49,077 bases of DNA, from the IMG/VR virus record IMGVR_UViG_3300022073_000015; one strand, 5' to 3'. Of this stretch, positions 26,131-34,825 are shown piece by piece (within the stretch, counting starts at the first letter, position 1; every line of letters begins with the position of its first letter). This DNA comes from a virus. Made by a program: the position numbers and the translations under genes. The notes beneath the pieces are model-generated. The model was given only the letters and a program-made list of their open reading frames with translations. It had not been told where the DNA came from and did no database searches.

Positions 26131-26304
26131 ATGAAAACTATTATCAGTCGTCACACCCTGTCAGAGATGACAGCAACCATGACAGAAGTACAGGCTTTGA
26201 CCACGCTGTCACGTATGCGTACTCAGGCTGACCGGGACGGACTTTGTGTCACCCGTGTCATTGTGGACGGTAAAGTACAGGAGCAGGTTGTATGGAAGCG
26301 TTAA
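26131..26304 (+). CDS. Small hypothetical protein (57 aa)
   Basis: ATG at 26131, two nt after the upstream stop. Confidence 0.4.
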   Translation: MKTIISRHTLSEMTATMTEVQALTTLSRMRTQADRDGLCVTRVIVDGKVQEQVVWKR

Positions 26305-26558
26305 GTTATTGTCAGTTGATGGAGCGGTGCATTGCGCTTGAGGCGGAGGTTGCGGAATTGAAAGGGCAACAAAAAATAATAATTATCGGAAATAGCGATT
26401 ATTGTTCAAAACACACAGGTGTAAGGCTAATGAAACACCCTTACAACATACTGGCATCTGAACCTCCAGAGACCGCGATGTATTGTCCAGAATGTGAGCC
26501 CAATGTTAAAGAATGGGCCGAACAACAAAGCAAAAGATGGATGAGTAAAGCCCCGTGA
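26292..26558 (+). CDS. Hypothetical protein (coiled coil plus a Cys pair)
   Basis: 88 aa. gagcagg RBS. Confidence 0.45.
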   Translation: MEALSYCQLMERCIALEAEVAELKGQQKIIIIGNSDYCSKHTGVRLMKHPYNILASEPPETAMYCPECEPNVKEWAEQQSKRWMSKAP

Positions 26559-26570
26559 GGGGCTTTTTTT
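26549..26570. terminator. Intrinsic terminator between convergent genes
   Basis: agcccc-gtga-ggggct followed by a T7 run. Confidence 0.8.
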
Positions 26571-26571
26571 A

Positions 26572-26790
26572 TTAAATCATGTGTTTCAATTCGTGTAACA
26601 GTAAGGTGTATTCCAGATACTTAACACTCGCTTTTCTTTCGTCACTTTCCACCAGAATAAAAAGACCTTCATCACCCTTGTACAAACTCAACATGTCGCG
26701 ACCATCCATTCTGACATTCAAATCTTCAAGTTTCATGTGGTGAACACCGATGAACATGATGATTAACTTTAAAAACCTTTCTTTACCCAT
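26572..26790 (-). CDS. Hypothetical protein (72 aa)
   Basis: ATG at 26790 preceded by GGAGAG, directly after the stop of the upstream gene. Confidence 0.4.
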   Translation of the reverse strand: MGKERFLKLIIMFIGVHHMKLEDLNVRMDGRDMLSLYKGDEGLFILVESDERKASVKYLEYTLLLHELKHMI

Positions 26791-26794
26791 CTCA

Positions 26795-27334
26795 CTACTC
26801 TCCGCACTGTTTACATTTACCGTTTGCCACGTAGCGTTCACCGATACCCCCGCAGTGCTTGCAACGTGTATCTGGTGTGTACCATTTGTCACCATCCCGC
26901 AACGCTTCCTGTCGTGTTTTGCCGCGTTTTGGTATCTCTTGTGGTACATCCACACCGAGTGCGACAGCGGTCTCCAGAAGCGCTCTATATTGCATTAAAA
27001 GCGCTAACTCTTCATCGAGGTTTGCAAGGCGCTGCTCGTTGATGTTAGTGCTGGTGACACTGATGGTGGGTTTGTCAGAGAGCGCGCAAAATACACACTT
27101 GCCGTTGGTCATTTGCACGCCGGGATGCCAGCACAGTTTGTTACGACTCTTAAGCACTCGCCACTTTTTACCGCTGCGTAAGAGCGACAAAACTTCGTCG
27201 ATGTGTTCATAACCGGTTGTTGTACCATCTTTCAAAGCTCTCACAAGGTCGTTATGACGATGAAGAGAGCACGCGGAACATTCTCCGCTAATTTTATTAA
27301 AAACTGTACTTTCGCATTTTGGACACTGATTCAT
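26795..27334 (-). CDS. Multi-zinc-finger protein (candidate DNA-binding or regulatory protein)
   Basis: 179 aa with CPKC..CSAC, a C..C pair, and CKHCGG...CKQCG. Confidence 0.45.
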   Translation of the reverse strand: MNQCPKCESTVFNKISGECSACSLHRHNDLVRALKDGTTTGYEHIDEVLSLLRSGKKWRVLKSRNKLCWHPGVQMTNGKCVFCALSDKPTISVTSTNINEQRLANLDEELALLMQYRALLETAVALGVDVPQEIPKRGKTRQEALRDGDKWYTPDTRCKHCGGIGERYVANGKCKQCGE

Positions 27335-27402
27335 GATAATCCTCCGGTTAGAATATATTTAAAGATATCATATAGCCGCAAAGTATACCAACGGTTTCCC
27401 GT

Positions 27403-27655
27403 TTACCCCAGTGGGGTATTTTGTAAGTTATTGAATCAGATGACGTTTAAAAGTTTTACCCAAAACCCCGGTGCCGCTTCACTCCGTACTAATATTTATT
27501 CTATTTTATATTATATAGATATACTTATAGTATATCTATATGCGTATAATTATAGTATTTACTTACTACTAATATAAGACTTTTAACGGGGTATTAGGGT
27601 AAAGTAGTAGTAATATATAAGTAATACAGTAACTTACAAAATACCCCGGTATACC
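27403..27655. repeat. Nested-dyad AT-rich element A
   Basis: Nested inverted repeats with a common dyad axis at about 27527-27530:
- Outer perfect 18-bp inverted repeat, 27413-27430 / 27630-27647.
- Inner inverted repeat, 27455-27470 / 27587-27603.
- Central AT palindrome, 27513-27541.
Homologous to element B. Confidence 0.8.
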
Positions 27656-27682
27656 TGAAAATGGTTTTTTATCGGGGTGTGG

Positions 27683-27743
27683 TGGGGTATTGGCTCATTG
27701 TGTGGAATTGGTGTTGCAACTGTGGTATTGTCTGTGGTATTGG
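27683..27743 (+). repeat. Four direct iteron-like repeats, TGTGG(T/A)ATTGG
   Basis: Copies start at 27683, 27701, 27721 and 27733, about 50-110 nt upstream of the terS start. Confidence 0.6.
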
Positions 27744-27793
27744 CGCGTAAACGGGAGACGTAACATGACTGGATTTGGTGAGGGTTAAACACA

Positions 27794-28237
27794 ATGGCAA
27801 GAGCGAAACTCAACGAGCATGGTGTGACTGAACAGCAGGAAAAGTTCTGTCAGGCATTCGTGGAGACCGGGAACGCTTCTGAGTCATATCGCCGTGCTTA
27901 CAAGATTGTGAAGATGGCACCAAACACCATTGCGGTGCGTGCATCTGAATTGTTGGATAAAGGTAACATACAGGTAAGACTCGAACAGTTACGGTCTGTG
28001 CATCGCAAACGACACAACGTTACAGTTGATTCACTGGTTGCCGAACTGGAAGAAATTAAGCGCATTGCACTGAGTGCCGAAACGCCTCAGTCGTCAGCTG
28101 CTGTGGCTGCGGTGATGGGTAAGGCGAAATTGGCCGGTCTGGGCAAACAACTTATCGAAATGTCGGGGAGTCTGTCCGTAACCCTGTCAAATTCGCAACG
28201 TGCGGCCCTTGACAAGGCTTTAGACGATGAGTACTAG
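27794..28237 (+). CDS. Terminase small subunit
   Basis: The N-terminus (TEQQEKFCQAFVETGNASESYRRAY...AVRASELL) fits the Terminase_2 pattern. Precedes the large subunit. Confidence 0.7.
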   Translation: MARAKLNEHGVTEQQEKFCQAFVETGNASESYRRAYKIVKMAPNTIAVRASELLDKGNIQVRLEQLRSVHRKRHNVTVDSLVAELEEIKRIALSAETPQSSAAVAAVMGKAKLAGLGKQLIEMSGSLSVTLSNSQRAALDKALDDEY

Positions 28238-29681
28238 GCTTACCCCTGCTCACCTCGTTGAACGCATCAGAGAGCGTTGTGAAGAGGATTTTGAATTCTT
28301 CACGCGTTACTTCTTCAAAGCGCTCAAGGGGACCAAATTTGTATTCAGTGAACACCACCATCAAATCTGTGACGCACTGATGGGTGTGTTTCATGGTCGT
28401 ACCACTCATCTGATGATTAACATCCCGCCCCGCTATTCCAAAACGGAACTGGCGGTAAAGATGTTCCCGGCGTGGTGCTTTGTTAAAAATCCGAAGTGTG
28501 AATTTATACATCTGTCGTATGCGGATATTCTCGCACTGGATAACTCCGATACGGTGAAACAAATTCTCAAGTCGTCAGAGTTTTTACAGCTCTGGCCCGA
28601 ATTTGCCATTAAGCAGAACAAGGACAGTAAGAAAGCGTGGGCCACAACGGAAGGTGGTGTATTTTATGCCACGGCTGCGGGTGGTCCAATTACCGGTTTT
28701 GGTGCGGGTAAGATTGATGACTTCAAGGACGGTAACGGCTTCGGCGGTGCAATCATCATCGATGACCCGTTAAAACCTGATGACGCATACTCTGACCCGA
28801 AACGTAAAGCTGTTAACCGTCGCTGGGATGAGACGATTAAATCACGTTTCAACTCCACGAAGACACCGTGTATCGTGATTATGCAGCGTATCCACGAAGA
28901 AGACTTCTGCGGCATGTTGCTCAAGGACGGTGAGTACGATTTTAAGCAACTGGTACTTCCTGCCATCGTTGACGAAGGTTTACCGACTGAACGTGCACTG
29001 TGGCCTCAGAAGCACTCTCTCGACGTGCTCAAGGCGATGCAGAAGAAAAACACGTACATGTTTGCCAGTCAGATGCAACAGCGTCCTGCCCCGCTCGGCG
29101 GCGGAATTCTGAAAGGTTCGTGGTTCGGTCGTTACAGCGTTGTCCCACCCCTCAAGTATCGTGCAATCTTCATCGATACCGCTCAGAAAGCCAAAGAGCA
29201 TAACGATTATCAGGTTGCTGAGGAATGGGGTCTGGGCGAGGACGGTTATCTGTACCTGCTGGACGTGCTGCGCGACAAGTTTGAAGCCTATGAGCTTGAG
29301 TCACGCATTCCTGACTTCTGGAATGCGAAACGCGCTAACAAGAATGGTCGTCTGCGTTACATGGCTGTGGAAGATAAATCATCCGGCACAGAACTTATCC
29401 AGAAAATCCGGCGCAAGATTAAACCGGTCATTCCGGTACGGGAAATACCACGTGGACCGGCTGCGAATAAACTGACGCGTGTTATGGACGTACAGGGTTA
29501 CATTGAGTCGGGTTATGTTAAGATACCGGCAGAAGCACCGTGGGTGCATGATTTTGTGAAAGAGTGTGAGTCGTTTACCGCTGATGACACTCACGCTCAC
29601 GATGACCAGATTGACCCAATGTGTGACGCCATCAGTCAGATGCTTCACAACGGTAAAGCAAGTATTTCGGAGATATTATAA
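28227..29681 (+). CDS. Terminase large subunit
   Basis: 484 aa. ATPase region (IIIDDPLKPDDA) and C-terminal nuclease region (HAHDDQIDPMCDA). Confidence 0.8.
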   Translation: MSTRLTPAHLVERIRERCEEDFEFFTRYFFKALKGTKFVFSEHHHQICDALMGVFHGRTTHLMINIPPRYSKTELAVKMFPAWCFVKNPKCEFIHLSYADILALDNSDTVKQILKSSEFLQLWPEFAIKQNKDSKKAWATTEGGVFYATAAGGPITGFGAGKIDDFKDGNGFGGAIIIDDPLKPDDAYSDPKRKAVNRRWDETIKSRFNSTKTPCIVIMQRIHEEDFCGMLLKDGEYDFKQLVLPAIVDEGLPTERALWPQKHSLDVLKAMQKKNTYMFASQMQQRPAPLGGGILKGSWFGRYSVVPPLKYRAIFIDTAQKAKEHNDYQVAEEWGLGEDGYLYLLDVLRDKFEAYELESRIPDFWNAKRANKNGRLRYMAVEDKSSGTELIQKIRRKIKPVIPVREIPRGPAANKLTRVMDVQGYIESGYVKIPAEAPWVHDFVKECESFTADDTHAHDDQIDPMCDAISQMLHNGKASISEIL

Positions 29682-31094
29682 TTGGCTAAGAAACCAAACT
29701 TACACGCCGTTACCGTACCAAAGCATGTCACGGCTGATGGACTGGTCAACGTTGCATCTGGTCTGGGTACGGCAAAGGCTAAACGCACACACAACTTCTT
29801 CTCATACGCCACGCTGCAGGACTGGCAACAGCTTGACGCAGCGTATCAGACAAACTGGTTAGCACGCGCCATTGTGGACATCCCCGCTGAGGATATGTGC
29901 CGTGAGTGGCGCATCATCAAGTCCAAAGACGCTGACATCATCCGTATCGAAGAAGACCGTCTCATGCTGCCTATGGCTGTACAGGAGGCTGCAACGTGGG
30001 GCAACCTGTACGGTGGTGGCGGCATTCTGATGCTCACCGGACAGGACCTCACAAAGCCGCTCAACATTAACCGCATCCGTAAAGGTGATTTGCAGCGCCT
30101 GGTCGTGTTTGACCGTTACGACATGTCTGCGATGACGCTCAATACATGGGATGTGTTACAGCCTAACTATCTTGCACCAGAGTTCTACACCATCACAGGT
30201 GGTGGACAACAGATTCACTGGTCACACTTTGCACGCTTTAACGGAACCCGCCTACCACGTCGCCAGATGTTACAGACTCAGGGGTGGGGTGACTCAGAGT
30301 TACGCAAGTGCCTCGATGACATCATGGACATGGTTGCATCGAAGGACGGTATTGCTGAGCTGATGCAGGAGGCCAACGTTGATGTGGTCAAGCGTGAAGG
30401 CCTGAGTGATGAGCTTGCGTCTGACCAGGACAAAGCTATCATCGACCGCTACACCCTGTTCAGCCAGATGAAATCTGTGGTGCAGATGGCCCTGCTGGAC
30501 GGTGATGAATCGTATGAGCGCAAGACGCTCGATTTGGGCGGTGTTGCACCGGTGCTTGAAGTATTTCTCACATGGATTACCGGCGCATCCGGTATCCCAA
30601 TGACACGTTTGTTTGGCGTGCAGTCCAAAGGTCTGGGCGACTCCGGCAAAGGTGACATGAACAACTACAACAATAGCATCCGGTCCAAACAGCTTACACG
30701 TCTTGACCCCGGTCTGCGCACACTGGACGAGGTGCTGGTACGTAGCGCACTGGGATACTGGCCGGACGATTACAACTATGTGTGGGCACCACTGGCGCAG
30801 CCGAATGAGCTGGAGATTGCCAACGCCGCTAAAACCCGTGCGGACACTGATATGTTGTATCTTGCTGAGGGTATCGTGAGACCGTCACAGATTATGCGTA
30901 ACCTGCAGTCGTCCGAACAGTATCAGTTTGAGGATGAAGACATTGAAGCACAATCTGCTGCTGAGGTTGATGCGGTGGTGCGTCCGGGTGATACGACTGA
31001 GCAGGTTGAGCAGACTGACGCGTTCTGGACTCGGTACAGTAAGTTAACGGCTGATGGATTGTCACACGATGAAGTGATGGCTAAATTAAGCTAA
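29682..31094 (+). CDS. Portal protein (DUF1073-like)
   Basis: 470 aa, directly after terL. Apparent TTG start abutting the terL stop. Acidic C-terminus. Confidence 0.65.
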   Translation: MAKKPNLHAVTVPKHVTADGLVNVASGLGTAKAKRTHNFFSYATLQDWQQLDAAYQTNWLARAIVDIPAEDMCREWRIIKSKDADIIRIEEDRLMLPMAVQEAATWGNLYGGGGILMLTGQDLTKPLNINRIRKGDLQRLVVFDRYDMSAMTLNTWDVLQPNYLAPEFYTITGGGQQIHWSHFARFNGTRLPRRQMLQTQGWGDSELRKCLDDIMDMVASKDGIAELMQEANVDVVKREGLSDELASDQDKAIIDRYTLFSQMKSVVQMALLDGDESYERKTLDLGGVAPVLEVFLTWITGASGIPMTRLFGVQSKGLGDSGKGDMNNYNNSIRSKQLTRLDPGLRTLDEVLVRSALGYWPDDYNYVWAPLAQPNELEIANAAKTRADTDMLYLAEGIVRPSQIMRNLQSSEQYQFEDEDIEAQSAAEVDAVVRPGDTTEQVEQTDAFWTRYSKLTADGLSHDEVMAKLS

Positions 31095-31284
31095 TTGTGA
31101 CCATAGCGTGCGCAAGCCCTCGATAAATCCGAGTACCCATGCACGCTTTTCCCTCATTTCGGTATATGGACAGTCATCAATTGTGACACACCCTGTCAAT
31201 GCGGCATCCCTGCCAAACCGGTAAATCTGATTAAGATTTTGCATTCCTGTACATTAGTTGACCATTGTCACATGTGCGACAGGA

Positions 31285-31844
31285 TTAGTCTGAGAGTTTA
31301 CGGTATCCGGCGTCGTAAATACGTGTTGCATGCATGGTAGCGTTCGACAAACCATTATCTGGTTCATTTTTATAGATGAGTTCCGCTAATTTATCAATCG
31401 CTTCATCACGCTCTGAACGGATTGGACGGAATTCTGGTACTTTATCCATCACAAGGTCTTTTGCTATTTCCACGCCTTTACCTAACCCTTCTTTGACACC
31501 TCTCATAACAATCACCCATTCAGACAAATAGACAATCTTCACAGCAGTCCATTGACCATTGGATTCACACCACTCACACTCAATACCAACCGGCGGCAAA
31601 CCAGTACCATCCCACACCGGTTGTTTCAGTGCTGCTTCATATTGTTCGCGAGTGACTTCGTTTGTATAATTTGGAGTGTGTTTATTCCTATCCCACCCAT
31701 CAGTACATTGTGGTAAGGGCAAATCGAATGTTTTTTTTTGTTAATGTAAACCACACCATCTGCGTGCATTGAAATTATTTCCGCACCCTCCGGCCAACCA
31801 CCACGCTTTGGTAATTCCTGCACCAGAATATCAATCAGTTTCAT
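31285..31844 (-). CDS. Hypothetical protein split by an A9 run. A 72-aa product is made in frame; a -1 shift or one extra A fuses it to the 145-aa ORF.
   Basis: ORFs 31626..31844 and 31285..31722 overlap. The minus strand reads aac-aaaaaaaaa-cat at 31731-31739. The downstream ORF is open in the -1 frame from just 5' of the run. Confidence 0.5.
31731..31739 (-). other. A9 homopolymer (slippery A_AAA_AAA)
   Basis: Nine T on the plus strand. Confidence 0.9.
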
Positions 31845-31848
31845 CTCT

Positions 31849-32094
31849 CTACTCTCCTAATGATTCATCAAGTTGCCGACGCAACATACACAGTGCGCCA
31901 TGTGGCATAAATTGTGTCGCCATACCGTCAAAGATGCGGCGGTTCAGTTCATTTGTTACACGTGGCCTTATAGCGCTCCAGCATGAGCGAATTGAACCAT
32001 TAATGGGTCTGCGCTCACGTTGTGCAAATTTTGCCGCCAGTTCCAGTGTGACAAGTGTGTCCAGATACTGTGACTCGTCGTAACGACTGGTCAT
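31849..32094 (-). CDS. Hypothetical protein
   Basis: 81 aa, tightly packed in the leftward cassette. Confidence 0.45.
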   Translation of the reverse strand: MTSRYDESQYLDTLVTLELAAKFAQRERRPINGSIRSCWSAIRPRVTNELNRRIFDGMATQFMPHGALCMLRRQLDESLGE

Positions 32095-32408
32095 TTTGTC
32101 TCTCCCAGTGCTTTGTTGATGGCTGCTTTGTTTTTTTCATAACGAAGAGAGCCGATGTAATCAGGCGTAAAGCAGAGCGCTGAGTGGGTCTCGATTAACT
32201 CTTTCAGCAATTCGTCGATAGTCATGTCCCGATGACCAAGTTCAGCTGCAATATCACTTTTAGAATGTAACTTTTCTCGTGTCATTGCCTGAACGTGCCG
32301 ACCATAGTAACCACCGGCGATGTCAAGTTTAAATGCGTCACGTTCGTCATATTGCTTTTCTTTCATCTCTCTGTTCTCCGTCAAATTGTGATAATATCTG
32401 TCTAACAC
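32091..32408 (-). CDS. Hypothetical protein
   Basis: 105 aa. First gene after promoter h. Confidence 0.45.
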   Translation of the reverse strand: MLDRYYHNLTENREMKEKQYDERDAFKLDIAGGYYGRHVQAMTREKLHSKSDIAAELGHRDMTIDELLKELIETHSALCFTPDYIGSLRYEKNKAAINKALGETK

Positions 32409-32412
32409 AGTA

Positions 32413-32441
32413 ACTCTACACCACTATGACGAGGCCGTCAA
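32413..32441 (-). promoter_or_regulatory. Dyad-type promoter (site h): TTGACG-N17-TAGAGT, dyad 32426-32441
   Basis: Minus-strand reading. The dyad overlaps the 5' leader of the rightward Mu-F-like gene. Confidence 0.6.
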
Positions 32442-32446
32442 CAATT

Positions 32447-33220
32447 ATGGCGACACAAACGCAAATTGCCTATAACCGCAAACTGCAACAGATTGTCAAG
32501 CTGGTACGCGCTGATGTGGATGCTGAACTTGTGCCGGTGATTAAGCAGCAAGTGACGGAATATGTTGCTGACGGATGGCCTGATGTGATTGCTGCGGTAC
32601 TGCGTCGCATTCTGGCACGCTGGACAAGCCCGTTCGCACAGAAGCAGGCTAATGATATTGCGTCCAGCTTTGTACGCTCTGCTGCGGAAGATAACGTGCG
32701 TCGTCAGAAGTCATTCGGTATCGACCTGTACGGCGGTAATCAGCAGTTGCAGGACTATCTCGAAGCCGCTGCATTCCAGAATGCCAATCTGATTAAGTCC
32801 ATCCCGGCGCAATATCTGGAGCAGGTGCAGAATATTGTCGTTGGTAACATGCGTCAGGGTATGCGCCCCAGTTATATTGAGGATGAGTTAGTCAAACAGT
32901 TTGGTATAACGTCACGCCGTGCAAAATTAATTGCCGTCGACCAACACGCGAAAATACAAGGAGAAATGAACAAGATTCGCCAAGTAAATTCGGGAATAGA
33001 GTTCTTTACGTGGGTAACCGCGCATGATGAGCGTGTACGGCATAGTCACAATGAGGTATCAAAACGAGATGTAGGTTATGGTCCGGGTGTCTTTCGTTGG
33101 GATAACCTACCTGTTGTAGACGGTGTACCAACTTTTCCAGGACAACCAATTCGGTGCCGATGTATAGCCCGCGCAACCCCACGGGCTAAAGTGGAGCGAT
33201 ATCTTAAAACTAAGAAATAA
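32447..33220 (+). CDS. Head morphogenesis protein (Mu gpF / SPP1 gp7 family)
   Basis: HDERVRHSH ... PGQPIRCRCIA C-terminal motif. ATG at 32447 has gagg upstream; the ORF track start is 32426. Confidence 0.7.
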   Translation: MATQTQIAYNRKLQQIVKLVRADVDAELVPVIKQQVTEYVADGWPDVIAAVLRRILARWTSPFAQKQANDIASSFVRSAAEDNVRRQKSFGIDLYGGNQQLQDYLEAAAFQNANLIKSIPAQYLEQVQNIVVGNMRQGMRPSYIEDELVKQFGITSRRAKLIAVDQHAKIQGEMNKIRQVNSGIEFFTWVTAHDERVRHSHNEVSKRDVGYGPGVFRWDNLPVVDGVPTFPGQPIRCRCIARATPRAKVERYLKTKK

Positions 33221-33773
33221 AACGGTCACTTCCGTGATTTTCGCTAAATCCGTAACAATTCTCGGCTGATTTACGTAAACAACATGCTTCGAAGAAATCG
33301 GGCGTTATACCCAAATGTTTAGTTTTACCATTTAAACCAATTTGAGCAACATAACGACCGTTTTGACAGTGAATCACAACACCTGAAATTCCTGTTTTGT
33401 TGTGTCTATGTCGTCGCATGTTACGACTGTTTTCCAAAGGTGTTGTATTTCGTAAGTTGCAAAGACGGTTATCCGTTGGGTCGCCGTTAATGTGGTCAAT
33501 AACATCAGGTAATACACCGTGAACATATAACCACACAATGCGGTGATACATGAAATCCTTGTCTAACAGCCTGATGTATTTATAGTACTTTTTGTTCCAA
33601 TGATTTAGCTTGGTACTTCCGGCTAACTTACCCGCCCAACGAGTGTTCCATTTCTTCCAGTTCCGGTCCGTTGTGAACATACTACGTGGGCGGATGTTGT
33701 GAATAAACAAACCTGTTTCTGGATTATACGTTAGCGTCAATTTTACAAGGTCGTAAAGCTCACTATCTTTCAT
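33210..33773 (-). CDS. HNH homing endonuclease with an AP2 DNA-binding domain
   Basis: HRIVW...IDHINGDPTDNRLCNLR...N (HNH), followed by GISGV...GRYVAQI (AP2-like). Its 3' end overlaps the convergent Mu-F-like gene by 11 nt. Confidence 0.8.
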   Translation of the reverse strand: MKDSELYDLVKLTLTYNPETGLFIHNIRPRSMFTTDRNWKKWNTRWAGKLAGSTKLNHWNKKYYKYIRLLDKDFMYHRIVWLYVHGVLPDVIDHINGDPTDNRLCNLRNTTPLENSRNMRRHRHNKTGISGVVIHCQNGRYVAQIGLNGKTKHLGITPDFFEACCLRKSAENCYGFSENHGSDRFIS

Positions 33774-33964
33774 TTCATCCCCCGCACAATGCGACACATA
33801 TCGTTATAGATGACCGGGTGTTTGCGGCAACCGGCAAGGTTATTATTGTGCATGGCGTGAAGAGTGTTTATTTCTCTCCCCGGTTGATATCCCCGTGACA
33901 ATAACTCATTCATGTAAATCATGAACTGCCACCGACGCCACAGAAACCACGCTAAGACTGTCAT
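33770..33964 (-). CDS. Hypothetical protein
   Basis: 64 aa. ATGA and TAATG couplings. Confidence 0.4.
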   Translation of the reverse strand: MTVLAWFLWRRWQFMIYMNELLSRGYQPGREINTLHAMHNNNLAGCRKHPVIYNDMCRIVRGMK

Positions 33965-34155
33965 TACCCTCTCCCCTTAAAGAAAATACGTTCAATCACT
34001 TCCAGCAGACCCACGACGACAATGACTGGTCCAAACGCAACCATTGTCCACGCTGTCCATTTGTATTCCAGTTGCAGCGGCCATGTGGCGATAGTGGTCA
34101 TGATAATCCACACGCACGTAGCGACCAGTACGATACCCCAGATGTATTTAGGCAT
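33964..34155 (-). CDS. Small membrane protein
   Basis: Two hydrophobic helices. ATG at 34155 overlaps the upstream stop. Confidence 0.45.
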   Translation of the reverse strand: MPKYIWGIVLVATCVWIIMTTIATWPLQLEYKWTAWTMVAFGPVIVVVGLLEVIERIFFKGRG

Positions 34156-34508
34156 CACAGCACCACCTTCTCAACGTAAGTATCCACGCCCATCCAGCGT
34201 TGTGACACTGAACCATCTGGCTTGGTTGCTGTGAAAGTGACCACACTCTCCAGCATGTTCATTTTAAAATTTGTCACAGTGAGCAGGCCATCAACGTCCA
34301 TAATCTGGTCATTGTTGCGCAGCAGTGCTGCTTTGATTCGTTGTGTTTTCATTCTCTGTTCACACCCATAAGCCATACGTAAAAGCCCGTTCGCGCAGTC
34401 CCAGTTACGGCGACGACGCGCGGATTGCTGTGCCACCTGTAACAGTTCTCTGTCAACGACCTGCACGTGTGATGCGGGACGGTTGTAGCCGGGAAGTAGT
34501 GTGTTCAT
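34155..34508 (-). CDS. Hypothetical protein
   Basis: ATG at 34508 in an ATGA overlap with the upstream gene. Confidence 0.45.
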   Translation of the reverse strand: MNTLLPGYNRPASHVQVVDRELLQVAQQSARRRRNWDCANGLLRMAYGCEQRMKTQRIKAALLRNNDQIMDVDGLLTVTNFKMNMLESVVTFTATKPDGSVSQRWMGVDTYVEKVVL

Positions 34509-34738
34509 ACAGTTTCCCATTTACCATATACGCAAGATGGGTGCAGGCAATATGAAACACCTCCTCTGTCATTTCTCAGACACATACCCGCACTACCGAC
34601 ACGGGTACCATGTATACTCAAGTTGTCATCGCCTTCACCCGCTAAAACTTCATAACTTTTTCCAACAGTAAATTCACCGCCTGGACATTCAATGCACTTT
34701 ACTAATTGACCACGTTTCATCTCTCTAACCCTCACCAT
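34505..34738 (-). CDS. Hypothetical Cys-rich protein
   Basis: 77 aa. First gene after promoter i. Confidence 0.45.
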   Translation of the reverse strand: MVRVREMKRGQLVKCIECPGGEFTVGKSYEVLAGEGDDNLSIHGTRVGSAGMCLRNDRGGVSYCLHPSCVYGKWETV

Positions 34739-34755
34739 GTTGTCTCGATGGGGTA

Positions 34756-34785
34756 AGTCTACCCCACCTTTGACGGACTCGTCAA
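34756..34785 (-). promoter_or_regulatory. Dyad-type promoter (site i): TTGACG-N18-TAGACT, dyad 34770-34785
   Basis: Minus-strand reading. Confidence 0.6.
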
Positions 34786-34825
34786 CATAAATATATGACC
34801 CAAATCACACAATCGATAATTAACA

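Noticed and set aside
27203-27577. ORF 27203..27577 (+) and ORF 42879..43064 (+) across the AT-rich elements
   Set aside because: Their translations are low-complexity (Ile/Tyr/Leu-rich) and arise from A/T-rich palindromic DNA. They have no RBS. The conservation between elements A and B follows the inverted-repeat structure, not a reading frame.
27403-27655. Telomere-resolution site (as in N15/PY54-type linear plasmid prophages)
   Set aside because: The large palindrome is suggestive. However, there are two copies, and I did not recognise a protelomerase, a partition gene or a lysogeny gene anywhere in the genome.
27683-27743. CRISPR-like array
   Set aside because: The repeats are only about 11 nt long, irregularly spaced (12-20 nt) and degenerate. 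There are no spacers of uniform length and no cas genes.
31095-31284. TGTGAC/GTCACA repeats in the convergent gap after the portal gene as further operator copies
   Set aside because: The half-sites are TGACA/TGTCA with 5-nt rather than 4-nt spacing, and the copies are imperfect. No associated -10 boxes are present. This is probably just a termination region.
33770-33964. DenV-like (pyrimidine dimer glycosylase) fragment
   Set aside because: FLWRRWQFMIYMNELLSRGY loosely recalls the T4 EndoV segment FLRKRQIELIAECLKRGF. The ORF is only 64 aa, lacks the catalytic N-terminal half, and the similarity is too weak to call without an HMM.
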